A stretch of DNA of 39,812 bases from Christensenellaceae bacterium Phil1 (lineage in GTDB: Bacteria > Bacillota > Clostridia > Peptostreptococcales > Anaerovoracaceae). Below, in pieces: positions 8,529 through 15,630 of the stretch. Numbering within the stretch: the stretch's first letter is position 1; every line of letters begins with the position of its first letter. The translations under genes were made by a program, and so were the position numbers. The stretch spans positions 1 to 39,812 of the forward strand of contig CAVJEY010000004.1 in NCBI GenBank assembly GCA_963648745.1. The letters are read 5' to 3'. The notes beneath the pieces are model-generated. The model ran no database searches. It was not told the origin of the DNA and saw only the letters and a program-made list of their open reading frames with translations.

Positions 8529-9026
8529 ATGAGAAGAAAAGACAGACAGATGCCGGAGGATTTTGCCCTTGGCATCATAGACAAATGTTCATTTGCACAG
8601 GTTGCCATGACAGACGAAAAAGGCAATCCCTACTGTGTGCCGCTTTCAATTGCAGGAGATGGGAGCTGCATATATTTTCACAGCGCCGCCGAGGGCACCA
8701 AAACAGATATTCTGAGGAAAAATCCAAAGGTTTATGTTAGCTGCGTCGGAGATGTTGTTCCTGCCACAGATAAGTTCACAACAGAGTTTGAGTCTGCTGC
8801 GTTTTGCGGCACAGCCTGTGAAGTTACAGACAGAGAAGAAAAAATCAAAGCGTTAAGGCTGATATGTGAGAAATATACACCTGCAAATCTTGACAGCTTT
8901 GAGGCTGCTATAAAAAGAAGCCTTGACCGCACTGCAGTATGGCGTATTTCCATAGACAGTATTACAGGCAAACGAAAAAAATATGATGAATCAGGAGAAG
9001 AAATGAAATTCGGGAGGATGAAGTAA
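8529..9026 (+). CDS. Pyridoxamine 5'-phosphate oxidase-like (FMN-binding split-barrel) family protein
   Basis: MRRKDRQM..FALGIIDKC..AQVAM..G.PYCVPLS is the typical N-terminus of this family. RBS is AAAGGAGG. Confidence 0.65.
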   Translation: MRRKDRQMPEDFALGIIDKCSFAQVAMTDEKGNPYCVPLSIAGDGSCIYFHSAAEGTKTDILRKNPKVYVSCVGDVVPATDKFTTEFESAAFCGTACEVTDREEKIKALRLICEKYTPANLDSFEAAIKRSLDRTAVWRISIDSITGKRKKYDESGEEMKFGRMK

Positions 9027-9688
9027 TGAAAAGAAGAATAATAGAAATCGACAGAGAAAAATGCAACGGCTGCGGTGCGTGCGCAGAAGCATGCCATGAG
9101 GGCGCCATCGCCATGATAGACGGCAAGGCTCAGCTCATAAAAGATGACTACTGTGACGGTCTCGGCGACTGTCTGCCTGTCTGTCCTACAGATGCCATAT
9201 CATTTGTGGAACGTGAAGCCGCACCTTACGATGAGGCTGCAGTAAAGGCAAGAATGGGTTCAGGCTGCCCTGGTCAGGCTTTGAGAGAAATACAGCATAC
9301 AAAAGAAAACAGCAGCATATCCGGAGAAAGCAGACTCAGACAGTGGCCGGTTCAGATAAAACTGGTGCCTGTTAACGCCCCATATTTTGACAATGCGGAT
9401 CTGCTGATTGCAGCTGACTGCACAGCCTTTGCCTACGGCGCATTTCACGATGAATTCATAAAAGACCGTATAACCCTGATAGGCTGTCCGAAGCTTGACG
9501 ATATTGACTATTCGGAAAAGCTTACCGCAATATTGAGTGAAAACAGCATCAGAAGCATTACGGTTGTAAGAATGGAAGTACCTTGCTGCGGCGGACTTCA
9601 GTACGCTGTCACAAATGCTCTGGCCAAAACAGGCAAGGATATACCGCTCAATGTTGTGACCGTAGGAATAGACGGCAAAATCAGATAG
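9026..9688 (+). CDS. 4Fe-4S dicluster domain protein with a conserved C-terminal Cys-containing domain
   Basis: CNGCGACAEACHEGA and CDGLGDCLPVCPTDA ferredoxin motifs. The start overlaps the upstream stop codon (TAATG). Confidence 0.75.
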   Translation: MKRRIIEIDREKCNGCGACAEACHEGAIAMIDGKAQLIKDDYCDGLGDCLPVCPTDAISFVEREAAPYDEAAVKARMGSGCPGQALREIQHTKENSSISGESRLRQWPVQIKLVPVNAPYFDNADLLIAADCTAFAYGAFHDEFIKDRITLIGCPKLDDIDYSEKLTAILSENSIRSITVVRMEVPCCGGLQYAVTNALAKTGKDIPLNVVTVGIDGKIR

Positions 9689-9696
9689 AGAACTTA

Positions 9697-9728
9697 AAGA
9701 GGGGCTGCACACACAGGCAGCCCCTCTT
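9697..9728. terminator. Bidirectional terminator hairpin between convergent genes
   Basis: AAGAGGGGCTGC-N8-GCAGCCCCTCTT, a 12-bp GC-rich stem. Confidence 0.55.
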
Positions 9729-9730
9729 AG

Positions 9731-10315
9731 CTATATCAGTTTGTAAAACAGTCCGTGCCTATTGCAGCACCATACCAGCCTGCCATGACCGCGCTTCCTG
9801 ATTCTGACCTGCATATCCCATTCGGGATACTGCTTTATCATCTGGAGCCTGTCGCCTGTCATAAATGCGGCAAACATCAGATGGTGGTCTTTTTGCATAG
9901 GATGCTCTGTTGTGATGTACCACTCATCTTCTACAACTTCAACATTAACATCGTGTTCCTTATCAGGTTTTTTCATTTCAAGCGCCGAAAGCCTTCTGCC
10001 GCAGCAGGAAACCTCTGCACTTCCTGTGCATACCGTAATGTTGCCGCAGGACGGACATACATAGAATTTAAGATTTTTCATATTGCCTGTTTCGGGCATT
10101 TTCTCTGCAGCTTCGCCTGCAAGTATATCATCTATGTTAACCTTGAAGAATTCTGATAATGCAACAAGCAGAGAAACATCAGGAATGCCCTGCCCCCTTT
10201 CCCATTTTGAAACGGCTTTGTCAGATACGCCAAGCACATCTGCCAGCTCGCTTTGTGTCATTTGTTTTTCTTTTCTGAGTTTGAGTATAAGTTTTCCGGT
10301 TTTTTCATTATCCAT
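9731..10315 (-). CDS. XRE-family HTH fused to a complete desulfoferrodoxin-like domain (putative redox-sensing regulator)
   Basis: The N-terminal segment MTQSELADVLGVSDKAVSKWERG is an XRE HTH. The C-terminal FYVCPSCGN..SCCG..KEHD..EHPM..DHH..CCNRHGLF parallels the neighbouring Dfx motif by motif. The ATG at 10315 has GAGGTGA upstream; the track start at 10324 is GTG. Confidence 0.8.
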   Translation of the reverse strand: MDNEKTGKLILKLRKEKQMTQSELADVLGVSDKAVSKWERGQGIPDVSLLVALSEFFKVNIDDILAGEAAEKMPETGNMKNLKFYVCPSCGNITVCTGSAEVSCCGRRLSALEMKKPDKEHDVNVEVVEDEWYITTEHPMQKDHHLMFAAFMTGDRLQMIKQYPEWDMQVRIRKRGHGRLVWCCNRHGLFYKLI

Positions 10316-10340
10316 ACCAATCACCTCAAAGATATATTAA

Positions 10341-10392
10341 AACAAAACAGCAGATAACACAATCCACGCTTCGTAGACAACTTCATCTGCTG
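10341..10392 (-). terminator. Possible terminator of the DUF3990 operon
   Basis: On the minus strand, CAGCAGAT-N29-ATCTGCTG is followed by TTTTGTTTT. The large loop lowers confidence. Confidence 0.35.
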
Positions 10393-10397
10393 CCCGT

Positions 10398-10616
10398 TTA
10401 TGCCAAAGAATGCTTTCTTGTTTCAATATACAGATCTATATCCTCAACAATGTAATTCACACCTGTGGTGTGCAGAGCTTCAAAACAGGAATAAACATAC
10501 TCCCACACCCCATATCGTGTAAACAATTCTGCCACCTGCCTGCCGGTCAGCTTTTTGGCAGACTTATATTGTTCCGTACAAAAAATCATGAAATTGCCCT
10601 GTCTGCTCATAGTCAT
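10398..10616 (-). CDS. DUF3791-family small protein (copy 2)
   Basis: 72-aa ORF. Its ATG overlaps the upstream stop codon (ATGA). Family assigned from memory of the usual DUF3990/DUF3791 co-occurrence. Confidence 0.55.
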   Translation of the reverse strand: MTMSRQGNFMIFCTEQYKSAKKLTGRQVAELFTRYGVWEYVYSCFEALHTTGVNYIVEDIDLYIETRKHSLA

Positions 10617-10849
10617 CCCTCCGGAAATGTAATAGTACCGGTCTTTCGTTCTTCGTCATACATATTGAACAGGGTCAGCGGGCTGAAATGCCACATCTTG
10701 GTATCTTCCTGTTCCAGCAGGGAATATACCTTTGAGCCGTAAAACTCTTTTGCTGCCGTAACCTCATCACATTTGTATTTTTCAACAATCAGGCAGACCA
10801 CTTCAGGAATAATCAGGAGAAGCAATGCTTCAAATTTTTTCTGTTCCAT
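10613..10849 (-). CDS. DUF3791-family small protein (copy 1)
   Basis: 78-aa ORF. Its ATG shares 1 nt with the DUF3990 stop codon (TGATG). Confidence 0.55.
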   Translation of the reverse strand: MEQKKFEALLLLIIPEVVCLIVEKYKCDEVTAAKEFYGSKVYSLLEQEDTKMWHFSPLTLFNMYDEERKTGTITFPEG

Positions 10850-11340
10850 CAGAATTCCTCCTTCTCTACGATTCCTGCAAACTTCAAATACCCAAGTGCT
10901 TTTTCAGAAGTAAGCACCAGCTGATTATACAGCTTTTTCACCTTTAGTGCTTCAATCGTCTGTTCTTTTGTAAGTACCCCTGCGGTATAAAGAGCAAATG
11001 TGGTATAAACATCATCATTTGCGACAGGCCCGTAAACAAAATCATAGATCTCGCCCTTATAATTTCCGGAGCGGTTATCAGAAACAAAGTCCAGCCACTT
11101 GTCATCAGGTGCCTCAAAACGCAGAACCGAACATTCAAAAAAAGCTTTTTCATCATCTATTTCGTAAATGCTTACAGTAGGCACTCCTTTTTTACGCTGC
11201 CTCGTTACCTTGCCGGCAAACCCTGCTGCCTGTGTCCTGTTAGTCGTAGTATAAAAGCCATAACCAAAATCGAGAAATCGGTTTTGAACCACCAGTTTGG
11301 GTTCGGATACCGCAAGATTACTTCCATGATATAAAATCAT
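10849..11340 (-). CDS. DUF3990-family protein with ADP-ribosyltransferase-like motifs
   Basis: 163-aa ORF. N-terminal ILYHGSN and GYGFYTT resemble the H and Y elements of H-Y-[EDQ] ART/PARP folds. RBS is GGAGGGAG. Confidence 0.6.
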   Translation of the reverse strand: MILYHGSNLAVSEPKLVVQNRFLDFGYGFYTTTNRTQAAGFAGKVTRQRKKGVPTVSIYEIDDEKAFFECSVLRFEAPDDKWLDFVSDNRSGNYKGEIYDFVYGPVANDDVYTTFALYTAGVLTKEQTIEALKVKKLYNQLVLTSEKALGYLKFAGIVEKEEF

Positions 11341-11592
11341 ATTGCTCCCTCCAACATTATATCAGCAATTGCCTGTTCTTCCCGCATAATTATAGCTAGA
11401 ATTTTATTCATAGCTGCTGCCCACCTACATCATACACAACGCACATAAATATATCAATGTTTTATTGTGTATTTGCCTGATAAAATCCCCATTCAATTCA
11501 TACGTTTTGAAGCCCTGGTCCGGTTTGTGTAAGCAAAACGCGACAGGCCTCATGCAAGAGTTCTTTTCCCTCTGTTGTAAGAACTTACTGCT

Positions 11593-11732
11593 ACGTTTGA
11601 CCTACCGCAGTTCGCTTTGCTCACTGGGTTAGGTCATTTCGCCGTAAACTTCTGCCAATCCTGCTATCGCACTCTTGGGAAGTTCTGACGTTTGACCTAC
11701 CGCAGTTCGCTTTGCTCACTGGGTTAGGTCAT
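11593..11732. repeat. Two perfect 45-bp direct repeats (11593-11637 and 11688-11732, period 95 bp), each containing the dyad TGACCTA..TAGGTCA
   Basis: Both copies read ACGTTTGACCTACCGCAGTTCGCTTTGCTCACTGGGTTAGGTCAT. Each is preceded by a diverged smaller hairpin (AGTTCTT..AAGAACT and AACTTC..GAAGTT). Confidence 0.9.
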
Positions 11733-11743
11733 AAAAAAGAAGC

Positions 11744-12259
11744 CTATACAGACTCCTTCATATTTACTCTATTCTCAATGTAGTCCTGAATCTCATCGCG
11801 CGGAATATCAAGAGCTGCAGCAAATTCACCGAATATCAGCTCCTCTGCCTCTTTCATGAATCTTTCGTCAACGGCTCCCAGTTTCTTTTTGCGTGCCTCG
11901 GCTTCGCGTTTTTTCTGGTGTATTGACATAGTCATCTCAATTATATTCATACAGTCATGGCTCTCCATAACCTCTCTGTAGTGTTCTTTGAGCTGGTTCA
12001 GATTATGGCTGTAATATGCGGATGTATCTATATGAGGGATTTTATCTATAAGCTCCTCTGCGCGTTTTCTGGATATCACAGGGCGCATATATATCTTGTC
12101 ATTGTCTACAGGAATGGATATTTTGCATTCCTTGTAAAGCGGCTTAAGTATATAGTACAGCCTGCCCTTTATGTCGCCCATTGATTTGAGCGTAGTAATC
12201 TCCTTAATCTCGCATACTCCGGTTCTTCCATAAAAAATCAATTCTCCAACACTATACAA
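11744..12259 (-). CDS. CarD/CdnL-family (CarD_CdnL_TRCF domain) transcriptional regulator
   Basis: YSVGELIFYGRTGVCEIKEI is the N-terminal Tudor-like RNAP-interacting domain. A TTG start at 12259 lies 4 nt after AGAGGTGA. The longer track ORF also starts with TTG and would contain a terminator hairpin. Confidence 0.7.
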   Translation of the reverse strand: MYSVGELIFYGRTGVCEIKEITTLKSMGDIKGRLYYILKPLYKECKISIPVDNDKIYMRPVISRKRAEELIDKIPHIDTSAYYSHNLNQLKEHYREVMESHDCMNIIEMTMSIHQKKREAEARKKKLGAVDERFMKEAEELIFGEFAAALDIPRDEIQDYIENRVNMKESV

Positions 12260-12277
12260 GCTATCACCTCTTACTGC

Positions 12278-12305
12278 ATAAAAAGAAGTCCTGACAACAG
12301 GACTT
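12278..12305 (-). terminator. Rho-independent terminator downstream of folT
   Basis: On the minus strand, AAGTCCTG-TTGT-CAGGACTT is followed by CTTTTTAT. Confidence 0.6.
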
Positions 12306-12369
12306 ACGTTAAAAAACCACTCGTTGTTAAAGATATTATAACATACTTTGCAGAAAAAATCCAATAAAT

Positions 12370-12897
12370 TTACAATGCAAATTTCAATCTCTCCACAATC
12401 AGCTTATAAACAAGCGGTATGCATATAATCTGAACTATAAGGATTGCGATACAGTTAGGGAGTCTGAGTATCACATAGGCCAGATAAGTGCCGTCTGCAC
12501 CGTACATAGGCCACAGGCACAGCGTTGTAAGAAACAGCTTGATTAAAAATACCGCAGCAGATGCAATAACTGTTCTTATTATCAGAGACCTGCCTGTAAG
12601 ATTCTTTCGGTAGAATACAAATCCGTATACCACACCTGCAAGCACCAGAGTTGCTGTTATTCCCGGATTGTATACTCCAAACGGGATAAGTATGCTCCCT
12701 GCAGTATCTGCAACGCCGTATGCTATGCCTGACCACATAGGGCCATAAAGCACTGCAACAATAAATATTGCAATGAAATCAGCGCTCAGATGGTAAACAG
12801 GCGTAGCGGGCACTATTCTGTTTAATACAAGGCACATTGCTGTCATCAGCGCTGTAACCACAAGTCTTGCCGTGCTGCTGCCAATAGCATGCTGCAT
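12370..12897 (-). CDS. folT: ECF-transporter S component, folate family
   Basis: 175-aa protein with about 5-6 TM segments. RBS is AAAGGAGG. It lies directly downstream of a THF riboswitch. Confidence 0.8.
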   Translation of the reverse strand: MQHAIGSSTARLVVTALMTAMCLVLNRIVPATPVYHLSADFIAIFIVAVLYGPMWSGIAYGVADTAGSILIPFGVYNPGITATLVLAGVVYGFVFYRKNLTGRSLIIRTVIASAAVFLIKLFLTTLCLWPMYGADGTYLAYVILRLPNCIAILIVQIICIPLVYKLIVERLKFAL

Positions 12898-12964
12898 AAA
12901 AAAAACCTCCTTTCACCTCAGTAACTACACTAAAGTGAAAAGAGACTGCTTCAGACCTTAATGT

Positions 12965-13054
12965 AGTAGTGGATGCAATATTGTACCGCGGATTCCCTTC
13001 GTTTATGGACAACATCCCGTTCCATAACACTTAACGCACAATATTTACTCTACT
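12965..13054 (-). promoter_or_regulatory. THF (tetrahydrofolate, folT-motif) riboswitch aptamer
   Basis: The minus strand reads AGUAGAGUAAAUAUUGUGCGUUAAGUGUUAUGGAACGGGAUGUUGUCCAUAAACGAAGGGAAUCCGCGGUACAAUAUUGCAUCCACUACU. This matches the conserved blocks GCGUUAAGUG, GGGAUGU, ACGAAG, CGCGGU and UUGCAUCC of the THF-I aptamer as I remember it. A downstream helix (UUUCAC..GUGAAAGGAGG) can sequester the RBS. Confidence 0.85.
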
Positions 13055-13062
13055 TGACATCT

Positions 13063-13091
13063 ATGGTATCACAGATTTATTTTCTATTCAA
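13063..13091 (-). promoter_or_regulatory. Candidate promoter of the riboswitch-folT unit: -35 TTGAAT, 17-nt spacer, TG-extended -10 TACCAT
   Basis: Hexamers read on the minus strand. The -35 element overlaps the stop codon of the upstream permease gene. Confidence 0.4.
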
Positions 13092-13869
13092 GTCCTCTTT
13101 TCCTTAACATTCTGTTTTCCGCTATTGAGAATACGAATCTGTCTATTATAATTCCGACAATTATTATCACTATCATTACCGCCATTACCTGATTGATGTC
13201 GGCAAGGTCTCTTCCCAGCATCAGCACATAGCCAAGCCCCACAAAGGATGACATCACCTCACCCGACATCAGAGCTCTCCATGCAAATGACCACGACTGT
13301 CTCAGTCCCGATACAAACCCCGGAAGCGCTGCCGGAAGCACCACACGAAACAGTATGTCCCTCTGTTTTGCCCCCATCGTCCTTGCCACCTTTGTGTATA
13401 TGACAGGTATGCTTCTGATTGAATTTTCGATTGCAAGGGACACACTGAAAACAGAGCCCATAACAACTACAAATATTATAGCTTTCTCTGCAAGTCCGAA
13501 CCACAGTATCGCAAACGGCACCCAGCATATGCTCGGCAGCGTCTGTATGCCCATAAGCAGCGGCTTCAGATTTCTGTTGAGATATTTAACATATGTAATC
13601 AGCACACCCATTACGGCACCTGCCGCAAGAGCAATGGCAAATCCGATTACCGCCCTTTTCATGCTGAAGCCCACCGCTGCAAGAAGCGTACCCTTTTTTG
13701 CCATGCTGACAAGACTTGCAACAACTCCCGCAGGAGTCGGAAACGCATAGGATTTCCACCAGCCGAACACATCAGAACCAAAATACGCAGCCGCCTGCCA
13801 GACAGCTATAAGAGCTATAAAGAAGAAAACATCCTTTATGCTAAACTCTGTCATATTCCTCTTTTTCAA
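13084..13869 (-). CDS. ABC transporter permease, NitT/TauT (SsuC/TauC-like) family
   Basis: Six predicted TM segments and the BPD_transp_1-type loop motif (ARTMGAKQRDILFRVVLPAALP). The track start at 13869 is TTG with GAGGTG 7 nt upstream; the alternative ATG is at 13854. Confidence 0.85.
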   Translation of the reverse strand: MKKRNMTEFSIKDVFFFIALIAVWQAAAYFGSDVFGWWKSYAFPTPAGVVASLVSMAKKGTLLAAVGFSMKRAVIGFAIALAAGAVMGVLITYVKYLNRNLKPLLMGIQTLPSICWVPFAILWFGLAEKAIIFVVVMGSVFSVSLAIENSIRSIPVIYTKVARTMGAKQRDILFRVVLPAALPGFVSGLRQSWSFAWRALMSGEVMSSFVGLGYVLMLGRDLADINQVMAVMIVIIIVGIIIDRFVFSIAENRMLRKRGLE

Positions 13870-14611
13870 TCTTATCCACCTCTACTTTTAATCCGTCAAG
13901 CAAATGCTTCCGTATATCAACAAATTCTTCAGAATCAAGCTGCCTCGGCCTTGGCAGATCTATTTTCACTACGCTTTTGACAACGCCGGGTCTTTCTGCC
14001 AGTATGATTATCCTGTCTGCAAAATACAGAGCCTCCTCAACACTGTGAGTGACATATATTATAGTTCTCCCGGTTTCCTCCCAGATAGCCTCAAGCTCTG
14101 CCCTGAGCTTGTTTATTGTCTGCTTGTCAAGCGCCGAAAAAGGTTCGTCCATAAGCATTATCTTACTGTCCATGGTAAGCGCTCTTGCCAGAGCCGTGCG
14201 CTGCTTCATGCCTCCCGAAAGCTCGTGAACGGCATACTCTCTGAAATCCCACAGATGCACCATTTTGAGATACTTCTCCGCCCTTGTTTCCTGCTCATTC
14301 TTTGGCACTCCCGCAAGCTTCATACCAAACTTCACATTTTCCATGACATTGAGCCACGGATAGAGCGCAGGCTCCTGAAACATGACAACTCTGTCTGCTC
14401 CGGGACCTCTGACCTCCTTGTCATCAAGTATTATCTTTCCCGATGTGGGGGTTTCAAGTCCCGCTATGAGATTAAGCAGGGTGGACTTGCCGCAGCCTGA
14501 CGGTCCTACTATACATATAAATTCACCGTCTGATATTTCCATGTTTATATCCGATAATGCAGGCTCTGCCGCATTCTTAAAAGTCTTCGAAAGGCCTTCT
14601 GTTTTCAGCAT
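13841..14611 (-). CDS. ABC transporter ATP-binding protein (SsuB/TauB-like)
   Basis: Walker A GPSGCGKST, signature LSGGMKQR, Walker B IMLMDEPFS. Confidence 0.9.
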   Translation of the reverse strand: MLKTEGLSKTFKNAAEPALSDINMEISDGEFICIVGPSGCGKSTLLNLIAGLETPTSGKIILDDKEVRGPGADRVVMFQEPALYPWLNVMENVKFGMKLAGVPKNEQETRAEKYLKMVHLWDFREYAVHELSGGMKQRTALARALTMDSKIMLMDEPFSALDKQTINKLRAELEAIWEETGRTIIYVTHSVEEALYFADRIIILAERPGVVKSVVKIDLPRPRQLDSEEFVDIRKHLLDGLKVEVDKIEKEEYDRV

Positions 14612-14617
14612 TGTTTC

Positions 14618-15622
14618 TTACCTCTGTTCAAGTGATTTGAGAATACTTGTATCAACATAGCCTTCATCAGGCTCTGTTGCAATAAAGCCCTGTGAAACGC
14701 CTACCTCTGCAAATTCCTCAAGGGCGCCTTCTGCTATGTCGGCAGTTATATTAAGTCTTGCGAAAGCGCTGTCTATAACCGATGCCTCGTAAGCTTTGCC
14801 TGTAGCCTCCTCTATCTGCCCGCATATTATATCCGCAGCTTTTTCTTTCTCTGCGTTGATATACTCTGTCGCATCAAGATGAACCTTTACAAATGCTTCG
14901 ACGATTTCAGGGTTTGCCTCCATGAAATCTTTTCGTACAACCACAACAGCCGTAGGATAATTGCCTCCTGCCATAATCTCATCGTAATCAAGCACGATTC
15001 TGGCGCCGCATTTATCCTCCAGTATGCTTCCCCACGGCTCCGGCACTATTGCCGCACTTATGCTGCCGCTGTCAAACATGGTCTGCACATCCGCATTTTC
15101 AACCTCAACTATATCGACCGTACCGCCTTCCGAAACAGGTTTGAGCCCATACTCATCCAGCAGGTCAAGCAGTGACAGATGCTGGGTGTTGCCAAGCTGC
15201 GGCACCGAGACTTTTTTGCCGTCAAGGTCTGCAACCGATTCAATATCGGAGTCTGCGCTTTTCAGCAGCACAGCTCCCGCATCACAGGCATTTGCAATTA
15301 TAACGACATCACCATGAGATTTGACATTTGCGTTTATTGCGGGCACAGGTCCTATATATCCAAGATCTATCTCTCCCGCAAACAGAGCCTCCACCTCTGC
15401 AGGTCCTGCATTGAAAGCTGTCCATTTCACACTGTATTCATCTCCCAGAGCCTCTTCAAGCATCCCCCGGTCCTTGATGTAGAGTGCCTGCGCATGAGTT
15501 ATATTCGGAAAATACGCAACCCTCACCTCGTTTGAAGCCGCCTCGCCGCCTCCGCAGGAGCACAGCACACCTAAAGTCATTGCAATGCACAGAACAAGTG
15601 CAGTCAGTTTTTTCATTTTCAT
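14618..15622 (-). CDS. ABC substrate-binding lipoprotein, NMT1/SsuA/TauA-like
   Basis: Signal peptide plus lipobox (LCSCGG). The AYFPNITHAQAL motif is typical of the sulfonate/nitrate/taurine SBP family. Confidence 0.8.
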   Translation of the reverse strand: MKMKKLTALVLCIAMTLGVLCSCGGGEAASNEVRVAYFPNITHAQALYIKDRGMLEEALGDEYSVKWTAFNAGPAEVEALFAGEIDLGYIGPVPAINANVKSHGDVVIIANACDAGAVLLKSADSDIESVADLDGKKVSVPQLGNTQHLSLLDLLDEYGLKPVSEGGTVDIVEVENADVQTMFDSGSISAAIVPEPWGSILEDKCGARIVLDYDEIMAGGNYPTAVVVVRKDFMEANPEIVEAFVKVHLDATEYINAEKEKAADIICGQIEEATGKAYEASVIDSAFARLNITADIAEGALEEFAEVGVSQGFIATEPDEGYVDTSILKSLEQR

Positions 15623-15630
15623 TTCCTCCG

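Noticed and set aside
11593-11732. The 45-bp repeats interpreted as integron attC sites, or as a type III toxin-antitoxin RNA repeat array.
   Set aside because: - attC idea: GTTAGGT fits the GTTRRRY consensus, but the opposite arm (ACCTACC) only loosely fits RYYYAAC. The sites are shorter than typical attC, enclose no cassette ORF, and no intI gene is present.
- Type III TA idea: only two copies with a 95-nt period, no terminator-then-toxin arrangement, and 250 bp separate them from the next gene.
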